From contig CAVPPB010000004.1 in NCBI GenBank assembly GCA_963707215.1, forward strand, positions 45,586-109,585: a stretch of DNA of 64,000 nucleotides. The letters run 5' to 3'. The stretch comes from an uncultured Chloroflexia bacterium (GTDB lineage: Bacteria > Chloroflexota > Limnocylindria > Limnocylindrales > CSP1-4). Below are positions 47,921 to 57,064 of the stretch, in pieces. Under the pieces are notes generated by a model. That model worked only from the letters and a program-made list of their open reading frames with translations, ran no database searches and was not told the DNA's origin. The translations under genes and the position numbers were made by a program. Positions within the stretch are counted from its first letter, which is position 1. Each line of letters begins with the position of its first letter.

Positions 47921-48246
47921 GGCCCGACGACCGGGTCCGGACCCGGCCCGAGGGGGTCGTTGAGGACGACCAGGCGGGAGCCCTCGTCGAGCAGGACCTC
48001 GAGCCGGATCTCGTCGAGGATGCCGCGGACCCCCTCGATGACGTCGTCCTCGCCGAGCGCGGAGCGGCCGGCCGCCACGACCGCCTCGTACGTGGCACCT
48101 GCCCGCGCGGCTTCGAGCATCTCGTCGCAGATGATGGCGACTGCCTCGGGGTGGTTCAGGCGCAGGCCGGACCCCAGGTGACGGCGAGCCAGCTCGGCGG
48201 CCGAGTAGATGAGCAGGCGCTCCTGCTCCCACGGGGTCAGCTGCAT
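47917..48246 (-). CDS. ureA: Urease gamma subunit
   Basis: MQLTPWEQERLLI...GLRLNHPEAVAII. Confidence 0.92.
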   Translation of the reverse strand: MQLTPWEQERLLIYSAAELARRHLGSGLRLNHPEAVAIICDEMLEAARAGATYEAVVAAGRSALGEDDVIEGVRGILDEIRLEVLLDEGSRLVVLNDPLGPGPDPVVGP

Positions 48247-48366
48247 GACCGGATGGTAGTCGGGTCCGCGGGGCGGGGCAGGTCACGACGGTGGTGGCGT
48301 CGCGACGGCGCGGACGGAGGGGCGGCCCCGATCATCGGCCGGTCGATCCGGCGGGCGAGCGGGCTC

Positions 48367-48395
48367 TTGGCGGGAGCCGCCGCGTGGACTAGAAT
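48367..48395 (+). promoter_or_regulatory. Promoter of ssrA
   Basis: TTGGCG-N17-TAGAAT. Confidence 0.7.
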
Positions 48396-48429
48396 CACCC
48401 TTGGCGCCCGAACGGGTGTTCGGTCTCGT

Positions 48430-48804
48430 GGGGATGCGTGGTCTCGACGGGGTCTGGCTGACAGGGAACGCGAGCCGAGGTGCCGTCAGGCCTCGTTAAA
48501 CAGGCGGCAAAACGAAGTAACTGGCAACCGCCAGCCTGCTCTCGCCCTCGCCGCTTAGGCGGTAAGGTGAGCGTGGAAGCCACCTCCTCCCCGCGGGTGG
48601 TGGAAGCGTCATGCAGCGGGGATGCGCTCCGACCAAGTGTCGCGTAGGCCGGAGCCAAGCCCGATCTAGGGACACGCGACTGGACCGTCCGGCAGGCTGC
48701 CGATGGCCGTCCGGCCGGTCGACGACAAATCATCGGACACGCTCGTAGTTGGTCCCTGGCGAAGGGTCTCGGACGGGGAGTTCGACTCTCCCCCATCTCC
48801 ACCA
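48430..48804 (+). ncRNA. ssrA: tmRNA; tag reading frame GNRQPALALAA* at 48523-48558
   Basis: GGGGATG/CATCTCC acceptor stem with G3-U pair, TTCGA T-loop, encoded ACCA end, tag ending ALAA. Confidence 0.96.
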
Positions 48805-48866
48805 ACACAACTGGTGCGGATCGCCCACGGCGACCGCGCTGCCCCCGACGCCGCGCCCGGTGCGGA

Positions 48867-50825
48867 CTATCCGTTCGGCGTAGGCGTAGGAGTCGGCGCA
48901 GCTGACGGAGCCGGCGTCGGCGCGGGAGTCGGCGAAGGGGCGGGCTTCGGGGTCGGGCTCGGCGACGAGCCACCGCTCGACCCACCCGACGAACTGGCGC
49001 CTACGAGGATGACCCCGTCGACCGGCTTGTAGTGCGAGTACCACGTCTCCTTGTGGATGACGTTCCCGTTGGCATCGCGAACGGTCCGGGTCACCCAGAC
49101 CTTCTTGCCGTCGTGGGCGAACTCCTCCTGCTTTCGCTGCCCGGGCTTCAGGGCGGTCGTGGTGACCGTCCTGGTCGTGGCCTTGACGACGTCCCTGACG
49201 ACCGGCTGGCTGAAGGTGACCTTGCGGCCGGTCGACACGCTGTAGAGGTCGAAGCGGACGTAGCCGGCATTCCCGTCTCGGGTGTTGATCCCGCGGATCA
49301 GGACCGGATACGGCGTGTCGTTGGTGAACGACATCGATTGCTGCGAGCCACCGCTCTTCCAGACCGTGGCGTCGAGACCGAGCGGGTAGCGCTCGATGTA
49401 GTAGTAGTGCGGGCCGCGATCGCCCATCTTCAGGCCCGCCCGGAGAGCGGCGTTGAACAGCGTCGTCGAGCAGGAGCAGATCCCGCCAGCGAGGGCACCC
49501 GTCACCTCGGTCTTACCGTTGATGATCGCGCCTCCCGAGCCATAGCCACGCTCGCGGCTGACCTCGCCGACCGTCCGCCAGAAGTCGAACGTCTCGCCCG
49601 GGGCAAGGACGGTGCCGTTGATGATCGACGTGGGGATCCAGATGTTCGCGCCGTAGAAGTTCGCCTCGCTGATCGGGAAGTAGGTCCTCCAGGTCGAGAT
49701 CCGGGTCATCCGAGGGGCGACCTTCTCGGCCTCCTCGGTCGTCAGCGCGGGCTGGGTGGTCGTGACGGCCGGGGCGAGGGCCGGTTCGGGCAACCCGTCG
49801 GCGCGTGCCGCAAGGGCGGCGAGGATGGCCGTGGTCGTGGCCGTCGTGTCCAGGGATCGGCCGGTGCGGGAGGGGGTGGTACCGACGATCGCCCCGCTCT
49901 TGCCGACCAGGTAGCTGGCATTGCGGGGAGCGCGCTCGACGTCGGAGGCGATCGGGGCGAGGTCGGCCTCGACCTTCGCCGGGTCAACGACCGGTTCGAT
50001 CCCGCCATCCTCCGTCGCTGTGAACGCGAGCCACATCTGGACCTTGGCCGGGTCGATGCTCCAGGTCTCCTCGCCCTGGGTCAGGGTGACCTCGGCGATC
50101 ATCCGCTCGGCCGTGGTCCGGGCGACGGCCGTGTCGACATCGTCGACCGCGGGCGGCGTGGTGGTCGGCAACGCCGACACACGGACCTCCGCGGGGGCGT
50201 CCGGCGAGGCGAGCAATTCGAGGATGTCGGCGGTGATGGCTTCGTGATCGAAGGTGCGGCCCCACCGTGCCGGCGTGGTCTCGATGCCGGACTCGCCGAT
50301 CGTGATGGTCCCGTCCACGGGCTGCAGCTCAAGGCGCTCGAGGGCCCGCCGGACGTCCGCAGCGAGAGTGGCCTCGTCGGTGACGACGATCGGCTCGAGG
50401 CCGGTCCCGTTCAGGGCGGTGCGAGCCTGACTGACGGCCCGCTCGAGCGGGCTGCCGGACCGGCCGGCCGCCAGGGCGAGGTCGGCGACGGCCTCCGCGT
50501 CGAGGCGCCGCCCGAAGTCCTCGTAGGGGATGCTGAGCTCGGCGACGGATCCGGCCTCGATCACCGCGACGCCCTCCCCGAGCGGAGCGTAGGCCGACTC
50601 GAGGGCGGCGATGGCCTCGTCGCGATCGAGGCCGCTGAGGTCGACGTCCCCCACGTGGACCCCGGGAAGGACCCGCCCCTCGTACTGCCGGTCGTAGGCG
50701 TAGATCGCGCCGGTCCCTATCAGCATGGCCACCAGGATCCCCACCAGGAAGGCAACGCCGAAGCGCAGCACAAGGCGGGGGCCTCTGGACGCGGGAGCCT
50801 GGGTCTCGGTCGTCGGTTCGGTCAT
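48867..50825 (-). CDS. VanW-family protein with putative peptidoglycan-binding domains
   Basis: N-terminal TM, PGETFDF, GGICSCSTTLFNAAL, GLDATV, FTNDT; P/T-rich tail. Confidence 0.88.
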   Translation of the reverse strand: MTEPTTETQAPASRGPRLVLRFGVAFLVGILVAMLIGTGAIYAYDRQYEGRVLPGVHVGDVDLSGLDRDEAIAALESAYAPLGEGVAVIEAGSVAELSIPYEDFGRRLDAEAVADLALAAGRSGSPLERAVSQARTALNGTGLEPIVVTDEATLAADVRRALERLELQPVDGTITIGESGIETTPARWGRTFDHEAITADILELLASPDAPAEVRVSALPTTTPPAVDDVDTAVARTTAERMIAEVTLTQGEETWSIDPAKVQMWLAFTATEDGGIEPVVDPAKVEADLAPIASDVERAPRNASYLVGKSGAIVGTTPSRTGRSLDTTATTTAILAALAARADGLPEPALAPAVTTTQPALTTEEAEKVAPRMTRISTWRTYFPISEANFYGANIWIPTSIINGTVLAPGETFDFWRTVGEVSRERGYGSGGAIINGKTEVTGALAGGICSCSTTLFNAALRAGLKMGDRGPHYYYIERYPLGLDATVWKSGGSQQSMSFTNDTPYPVLIRGINTRDGNAGYVRFDLYSVSTGRKVTFSQPVVRDVVKATTRTVTTTALKPGQRKQEEFAHDGKKVWVTRTVRDANGNVIHKETWYSHYKPVDGVILVGASSSGGSSGGSSPSPTPKPAPSPTPAPTPAPSAAPTPTPTPNG

Positions 50826-50917
50826 CGCGGGATGGACATCCTACCAGCAGGTGGCTCGAAGGCTGCTCGAGGAAGCCTTTCCGTGATGCGACGCGTCCGC
50901 GGGAGGGAGCGTTTCGC

Positions 50918-51874
50918 TCAGGCGTCGACCGGCAGGACGACGACGCGACGCTCCGGTTCCTCGCCGATCGACTGTGTCGCCACGTCGGCTCTGCCGCGCA
51001 GGGCGAGGTGGATCCAGCGTCGCTCGAGCGCCGGCATCGGCTCGAGCTGGAGCATCCGTCCGGTCTCGGCCACGCGGTCAGCCGCCCGGGTGGCGACCTC
51101 GCGCAGCTGTCGCTCTCGACGGCCGCGGTAATCCTCGACATCCACGAGGACCCGGGTCCACTCGCCCATCTCCTTTGAGAGCATCAGGTTGACGATGTGC
51201 TGGAGGGCCGAGAGGCGATCGCCCTTGCGGCCGATGAGGGCGCCGAGCGCCTCCCGCTCCTCGTCGTCAACGCCACGCACGTCGAGGCGGTTCGTCTCGC
51301 CGGTCAGGATCTCGACCGTGGTCCGGTACTCGAGGTGGCGCATGAGGTTCTCGAGGATGACCTTCGCGGCCTGGAGCGCCGCCGGGGACGCCTCGGCGGC
51401 CTGGAGCTCGGCTCGCTCGGCCGAGAGCGAGGCACGGGCGGAGCCGACCTCGGCCTCGACGGCGTCCGAGACCGGGGTCATGGCCGGCCCTCGCGACCGA
51501 CCGCGATCCCGACTGCTGTCGGAGCTGGGCCGTGGTCCCCGACCCCGATCGCGGTCACGGGGACCACGATCCCGTCCGCCCTCCCTCGAGCCGCGCTCTC
51601 GGCCGCGGTCGCCGTCTGCCGGCCGGTCCTCGCGAGGAGGCGGTGGTGGTAGCGGCTGGGACTTGGCGGCATCCCGCTTCGGGGCAGCGCCTCCGAGCGC
51701 CGCCCGCGGGGCCGCGACGATCCGCGCCGGCTCGGCGCCCATTCCCAACACGCCACGGGCCCCGGGTGTGAGGATCTCGAAGTCGAGGCCATCGAGGTCC
51801 ACCCCGAAGGCTTCGCGGGCCAGCCGGAGCGCCTCCTCGACGGACTTGCCGGTGAACTCCTGGTAATCGGACAT
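50918..51874 (-). CDS. jag: RNA-binding protein Jag/EloR (KH + R3H)
   Basis: GKSVEEAL, LIGRKG, DVEDYR, ERRWIH. Confidence 0.93.
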   Translation of the reverse strand: MSDYQEFTGKSVEEALRLAREAFGVDLDGLDFEILTPGARGVLGMGAEPARIVAAPRAALGGAAPKRDAAKSQPLPPPPPREDRPADGDRGRERGSREGGRDRGPRDRDRGRGPRPSSDSSRDRGRSRGPAMTPVSDAVEAEVGSARASLSAERAELQAAEASPAALQAAKVILENLMRHLEYRTTVEILTGETNRLDVRGVDDEEREALGALIGRKGDRLSALQHIVNLMLSKEMGEWTRVLVDVEDYRGRRERQLREVATRAADRVAETGRMLQLEPMPALERRWIHLALRGRADVATQSIGEEPERRVVVLPVDA

Positions 51875-53029
51875 CTAGCGTCGCCTCCCTCGGCGGCCCT
51901 GTCGGCCGCGCTGGCGGGGTCGGATGGTGCTGCTCGCCGAGGCGCTCCGGTCGATGGACTCGGAGACCGGGCGCCGGTCGGCATCGGCGTCGGTGATGAC
52001 CGGCGGGATCTCCACCGGGAAGCGCGGCTTGTGCTCGGCCGCGAACGCGGGGGCCCAGCCGAAGAGCGGGAACATCGATCCCCACCCGATGATGAGGTAC
52101 TGCTGACCGATCGAGAAGACGGTCGAGACGATCCAGTAGAGGACCAGGCCGGCCGGCAGGATGCCGCCGTAGAAGACCGTCAGCAGCGGCAGGATCAGGA
52201 ACATCTGGCGCTGCGTCCGGGCCGTCGGGTCGGCGCTTCCGGTATCGGCCGGCGGCAGCGTCATACGGCTCTGGACCAGCTGGAATGCGGCGGCGATGAT
52301 GCCGAGGATGCTGACCGGGATGATGAGGGTGAAGACGACCTCGGGGACGCTCCAGTCGACCCCGAAGGCAGCGGTATTGATGCACGGCTCGTAGCGGTTG
52401 AGCGCAGCATCCCAGGTCGGCGTGGCGGCGCAGCCCAGATCGATCGGGGTCATCGCCTGGGGGTTCCAGCTGGTGAGGCCCTGGCTGATGACCGAGTACA
52501 TCGGGATCAGCAGGACGAACTGGAGGAGGATCGGCAGGCAGCCCGCCGTGGGGCTCACACCCCGCTCGCGGTAGAGCCGCTGCTGGACCTCCATCTGCTT
52601 GGCCCGGTCGCCCTTGTACTTCTTCTGCAGCTCCTTGACCTCGGGGGCGATGAGCTGCATCCGCTTCTGGCTGACGATCTGCCGGCGGAACGGCGAGATG
52701 AGGACGACCCGGATGAGGAGGGTCAGGACGACGATCGCGATCGCGATATTGCCGGTGACCGTATCGATGGCCACCAGGACGTTGAAGAGCAGCCAGAAGA
52801 TCGGCGTGAAGAGCCAGGCCAGGAGAGAGATCGGGTTGGCGCCCGGCTGGGCGGGCTCCATGGGCGGAGGCGGGGACGGTGTCGGGGGGATCGAGCCGTC
52901 GGGCCCGATCGTCGGGACCCCGGCGCCGGGGACACAGGCTGCGACGACCAGGACGATCCCGATGAGCAGGGCCAGAGGAAGGAGCCGAGCGAGCAGCGCT
53001 CGGGTCGTGTCGGGTCGCTCGGTGGTCAT
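51875..53029 (-). CDS. yidC: Membrane protein insertase YidC
   Basis: LQKKYKGD, GCLPILLQ, PAGLVLYW; conserved origin-proximal synteny. Confidence 0.93.
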   Translation of the reverse strand: MTTERPDTTRALLARLLPLALLIGIVLVVAACVPGAGVPTIGPDGSIPPTPSPPPPMEPAQPGANPISLLAWLFTPIFWLLFNVLVAIDTVTGNIAIAIVVLTLLIRVVLISPFRRQIVSQKRMQLIAPEVKELQKKYKGDRAKQMEVQQRLYRERGVSPTAGCLPILLQFVLLIPMYSVISQGLTSWNPQAMTPIDLGCAATPTWDAALNRYEPCINTAAFGVDWSVPEVVFTLIIPVSILGIIAAAFQLVQSRMTLPPADTGSADPTARTQRQMFLILPLLTVFYGGILPAGLVLYWIVSTVFSIGQQYLIIGWGSMFPLFGWAPAFAAEHKPRFPVEIPPVITDADADRRPVSESIDRSASASSTIRPRQRGRQGRRGRRR

Positions 53030-53032
53030 CGC

Positions 53033-53239
53033 TCAGCGCACCGGGTCGTAGCCGCCCGCTGACCACGGGTTGCAGCGAGCGATCCGCCTGGCGCCCATCC
53101 ACGAGCCGCGGAGGAGTCCGTAGCGGGCGATGGCCTGCTCGGTGTACTGCGAACAGGTCGGCTCGTAGCGACACGAGGACGGCAGCCCAGCGAAGACGAC
53201 CCGATAGAGATGGATCGCCTTGATCCCCAGCCACCTCAT
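53033..53239 (-). CDS. yidD: Membrane protein insertion efficiency factor
   Basis: [10 protein letters not shown]...RCNPW..GGYDPV. Confidence 0.95.
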   Translation of the reverse strand: MRWLGIKAIHLYRVVFAGLPSSCRYEPTCSQYTEQAIARYGLLRGSWMGARRIARCNPWSAGGYDPVR

Positions 53240-53574
53240 GCTGGCGCGCCTTCGGCGAGGGCGCCGGACCGGCCAAGGACCCGGATCATCGCCGCGGTCA
53301 GGGCGCGGTGGTCCGCGCTGGCGACCGACGGTCGGGCGATGAGAAGGATGTCCCAGCCGGCGCGCAGGTCAGGTGCCAGGGACCGAAGGATGGCCCTCAT
53401 CCGGCGGCGGGTCCTGTTGCGTGCGACGGCGCCACCGACCCGGCGACCGATCGACAGGCCGATCCGGGTCACGTCGAGGTCGGTCCGTCGGGCGCGCACC
53501 ACGAGGAGTGGGTCGGCCCGAACCGCGCCCTCGCGCTGGAGGGCTTCGAAGTCCCGTGGGCGTCTGAGCGTCAC
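53236..53574 (-). CDS. rnpA: Ribonuclease P protein component
   Basis: [21 protein letters not shown] (RNR motif); start uncertain (GTG 53574 or CTG 53610). Confidence 0.9.
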   Translation of the reverse strand: MTLRRPRDFEALQREGAVRADPLLVVRARRTDLDVTRIGLSIGRRVGGAVARNRTRRRMRAILRSLAPDLRAGWDILLIARPSVASADHRALTAAMIRVLGRSGALAEGAPA

Positions 53575-53606
53575 GAGCTTCCGCGGCGGCGCGCCGCGCC
53601 CGCCAC

Positions 53607-53741
53607 TCAGACCGTCAGCCGCTTGCGTCCCTTGGTCCGCCGAGCGGCCAGGACGCGCCGGCCGCCGGCCGTCTTCATCCGAGCGCGGAACCCGTGCTCC
53701 TTGGCGCGGTGGCGCTTCTTGGGCTGATACGTCTGCTTCAT
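53607..53741 (-). CDS. rpmH: 50S ribosomal protein bL34
   Basis: [22 protein letters not shown]. Confidence 0.97.
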   Translation of the reverse strand: MKQTYQPKKRHRAKEHGFRARMKTAGGRRVLAARRTKGRKRLTV

Positions 53742-53836
53742 CGTCCTGCGACTCGTAGGATGGGCGACCCCGGGACGGAACGGGTTCCGGGGGCACGAGG
53801 GATCGGCGGCGCGGACACGCGCCCGTCGTCCGGCGG

Positions 53837-53866
53837 ATGATAGGTCGCGCTCAGAGGGGGTGTCAA
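53837..53866 (-). promoter_or_regulatory. rpmH operon promoter
   Basis: TTGACA-N18-TATCAT on the minus strand. Confidence 0.7.
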
Positions 53867-53954
53867 ACAGGGCCACGCGGCCCCGGCGCCCGATCGTCGA
53901 GGCACCAAGGCACGATACCCCGGGGGAGTATCGTGTCCCGGGCCCCGCATCGCC

Positions 53955-53984
53955 TTGCGGGCGCCGTCGCGGCGGTGCTATCCT
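53955..53984 (+). promoter_or_regulatory. Candidate dnaA promoter
   Basis: TTGCGG-N18-TATCCT with TG extension. Confidence 0.45.
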
Positions 53985-54152
53985 TCCGCTCCCCCGACCC
54001 CCGGAGCCCCGCCCGGAAGGACCCCCAGAGGGCCCCTACGCCGTCGCCGAGGAAGGTCAGGGCACTCCTGGATCCGCCGCCTGTCCCCGGCGGCACCCGG
54101 CCTCACCTGCCCATCTGAGCCCCAGCGAAACGTAGGTCCTGACGTCGATCGA

Positions 54153-55502
54153 ATGGACGCGAAGCACGTCTGGCGAGCCGCCCTCGGCGAGCTCCAGGTC
54201 TCCCTCTCGCCAGCCAACTTCGAGACCTGGCTCCGTGACACGCGTCTCGTCGACGTGGACGACAACCGATTCCGCATCGCGGTCCCCAACGGCTTCGCCA
54301 AGGACTGGCTCGAGACCCGCTACCGCCCCCTGATCAGCCAGACCCTGGCCCGGATCGTCGGCTACAGCGTCCAGGTGGAGTTCGTCGTCGAGGCGTCCGC
54401 CGACGGGCCCGCTCCCGAGCCGAGCACCGCTCCGGTCCGGGTCGAGCAGACGGGTTCGGCGGCGCCCCCCGGCGGGGCGACGAGCCTCAACGCCAGGTAC
54501 ACCTTCTCGAACTTCATCGTCGGTTCGGCGAACCGGCTCGCCCATGCCGCCTCGCTCTCGGTGGCAGAGCGGCCCGGGCATGCCTACAACCCGCTGTTCC
54601 TGTACGGGGGCGTAGGGCTCGGCAAGACCCACCTGATGCACGCCATCGGGAACCAAGTCGTGGCCCGGTTCCCGCGCAAGCGGGTCGTCTACGCGACCTC
54701 CGAGAAGTTCACCAACGAATTCATCACCAGCATCCAGCAGGGCCGGATCGACGAGTTCCGGGCCCGCTACCGGCGGATCGACGTCCTCCTCATCGACGAC
54801 ATCCAGTTCATCGCCGACAAGGAGCGGACGCAAGAGGAGTTCTTCCACACCTTCAATGCGATCCACGAGGACGGCAAGCAGATCGTCCTCTCGTCCGACC
54901 GCCCACCGAAGGCGATCCTCACCCTGGAGGAGCGCCTGCGCAGCCGCTTCGAATGGGGCCTGATCGCCGACCTGACGGCGCCCGACCTCGAGACTCGGAT
55001 CGCGATCCTGCGGGCGAAGGCCGAGGAGCAGCGGGTCCCGATCAACCCGGAGGTCATCGAGTTCGTCGCTCGCAAGGTGGTCAGCAACATCCGCGAGCTC
55101 GAGGGCGCCCTCAACCGGATCGTCGCCTACGCGAGCATGGGCGGGACGCCCATCACCATCGAGCTCGCCCAGGCGGTCCTCTCGAATGTGCTCTACAACC
55201 CCAAGCGCCGCCAGGTCACCCCGGAGAGGATCGCCCAGGCCGTCTCCGACTACTACGGCGTCGACATGGACCAGCTCAAGGGGCAGAAGCGCGACAAGGC
55301 GATCGTCCTGCCGCGCCAGATCGCGATGTTCCTGATGCGCGAGGAGACCGACATCTCGCTCCTCCGGATCGGAGCGGAGCTCGGCGGTCGCGACCACTCG
55401 ACCGTCCTCCACGCCTGCGACAAGATCAACCGCGAGACCGCGAACAACGACGAGCTTCGTCGCGAGATCGCCGCCGTCCGCGAGCTGATCTACTCCGACT
55501 AG
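54153..55502 (+). CDS. dnaA: Chromosomal replication initiator DnaA
   Basis: YNPLFLYGGVGLGKTHL, DDIQF, RSRFEWG, GGRDHSTV. Confidence 0.98.
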   Translation: MDAKHVWRAALGELQVSLSPANFETWLRDTRLVDVDDNRFRIAVPNGFAKDWLETRYRPLISQTLARIVGYSVQVEFVVEASADGPAPEPSTAPVRVEQTGSAAPPGGATSLNARYTFSNFIVGSANRLAHAASLSVAERPGHAYNPLFLYGGVGLGKTHLMHAIGNQVVARFPRKRVVYATSEKFTNEFITSIQQGRIDEFRARYRRIDVLLIDDIQFIADKERTQEEFFHTFNAIHEDGKQIVLSSDRPPKAILTLEERLRSRFEWGLIADLTAPDLETRIAILRAKAEEQRVPINPEVIEFVARKVVSNIRELEGALNRIVAYASMGGTPITIELAQAVLSNVLYNPKRRQVTPERIAQAVSDYYGVDMDQLKGQKRDKAIVLPRQIAMFLMREETDISLLRIGAELGGRDHSTVLHACDKINRETANNDELRREIAAVRELIYSD

Positions 55503-55945
55503 CGGCCGCCCCGGCCCGTGGGGCTCCGGCTACCCGCCGGCCTGGTCGTCGCCCCCGGCGTCGGGTCTGCGCGGCGACGAGCCTGTGGACATCCTCCCGG
55601 ATCCAGTGGACGGCTCCCCGCGCCGCACCGTCCGGCCAGGCCCCCGCCGTGGACGGACGGCTGTTCCGGTTCCGACCCGGCGACACCCGCCGTCCCACCG
55701 TCCACGGGTCGTCCACGACGGGGGCGCCCGGGGTGGCTGACCTCTCCACGCTCCACCCTGTGTCGTCCACCGGCGAGCGGCATCGCGGCGGAGCGTGGTC
55801 GTCCCCAGTGTCCACGCCCCTGATGATGATGATGACGGGGTGAGAAGATAGAGAGACCATCCACCATGAAGGCACGGGCCTTCCGGACGGACGATCCGCC
55901 GAGCGAAGCGGTCGCCGGTCCACCCGAACCTGGAGAACGACTGAC
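55503..55945. other. Replication origin oriC (dnaA-dnaN spacer)
   Basis: 11 TCCAC/GTGGA cores in about 440 bp; tandem boxes, then CCCC, then (TGA)5 at 55821-55835. Confidence 0.8.
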
Positions 55946-57064
55946 GTGAAGCTCTCGGTCATGCAGGAGAACCTGGCACGCGGACTCTCGGTGGTCAGCC
56001 GAGCCGTCTCGAGTCGGAGCACCCTGCCCGTCCTGGCCAATGTCCTGCTGCGCACCGAGGACGCCGGCCTGAAGCTCACCGCAACGAACCTCGAGATCGG
56101 GATCACCTACTGGGTCCCCGGCAAGATCGAGGTCGACGGGGCCGTGACCGTCCCGGCTCGCCTGCTCACCGACCTCGTCGGGTCCCTGCCCTCGGCCGAG
56201 CGCGTCGATCTCGAGCTGCAAGGGGCCGACACGCTTCACCTGTCCTGCGGGCCGTTCGAGACGCACGTCAAGGGCATCGACGCCGACGAGTTCCCGGCGA
56301 TCCAGACGGCCGGAGAGCGCCCGACGACGCGCATCAACCAGGGCCTCCTCCGCCGGTCGCTCGAGGAGACGATCTTCGCAGCGGCGTCAGACGAGGCACG
56401 CCCGATCCTGACGGGCGTGATGGCTCGCTTCGACGGAGACCGGCTCACCCTGGCGGCCGCGGACAACTACCGCATCGCCGTGCGGGGACTCAGCATCCTC
56501 GACAGCGTCCCCGACACGAGCGTCGTCATCCCGGCTCGAGCCTTGGCCGAGGTGGTCCGCGTCCTGTCCGACGTCGACGACCCCGTGGACGTGGTCCTGT
56601 CCCAGGCTCGCAACCAGGTCCTGTTCCACTTGGAGGGCGTCGACCTGGTGAGCCGCCTCATCGATGGCCAGTTCCCGAACTACCAGCAGGTGCTGCCGCA
56701 GGGGCACACGACCCGTGCCGTCGTCGACCGAGCCGAGCTCCTCAAGGCCGTTCGACCGGCGGCCCTCATCGCGAGCGCCTCGGCCAACATCGTCAAGGTC
56801 GCCGTCGCCACCGACGGCTCCGAGGGTCTGACGGTGACCGCGACCGCCGAGGTCGGCGACTACGAGGGACAGGTCTCCGCCGAGATCGAGGGTGACGGCA
56901 CGACGATCGCCTTCAATGCCCGCTACCTCAACGACGTCCTGGCGAACGTCGAGGCAGAGCAGTTCGCCATCGAGCTCAACGGGCCGCTGGCGCCGGGTGT
57001 CTTCAGACCGGTCGGCGACGAGGAGTACGTGCACGTCGTCATGCCCGTCCGGACCACCTCCTGA
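55946..57064 (+). CDS. dnaN: DNA polymerase III beta clamp
   Basis: ATNLEI, RPILTGV, SRLIDGQFPNY, VVMPVR. Confidence 0.97.
   Translation: MKLSVMQENLARGLSVVSRAVSSRSTLPVLANVLLRTEDAGLKLTATNLEIGITYWVPGKIEVDGAVTVPARLLTDLVGSLPSAERVDLELQGADTLHLSCGPFETHVKGIDADEFPAIQTAGERPTTRINQGLLRRSLEETIFAAASDEARPILTGVMARFDGDRLTLAAADNYRIAVRGLSILDSVPDTSVVIPARALAEVVRVLSDVDDPVDVVLSQARNQVLFHLEGVDLVSRLIDGQFPNYQQVLPQGHTTRAVVDRAELLKAVRPAALIASASANIVKVAVATDGSEGLTVTATAEVGDYEGQVSAEIEGDGTTIAFNARYLNDVLANVEAEQFAIELNGPLAPGVFRPVGDEEYVHVVMPVRTTS

Noticed and set aside
45806-48286. 826-aa gamma-beta-alpha triple fusion
   Set aside because: UreA is in a different frame (47917-48246); the extra N-terminal 122 codons are shadow sequence
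48430-48870. tmRNA as the integration site of an island
   Set aside because: No integrase, no duplicated tmRNA 3' end, and the urease block lies on the 5' side
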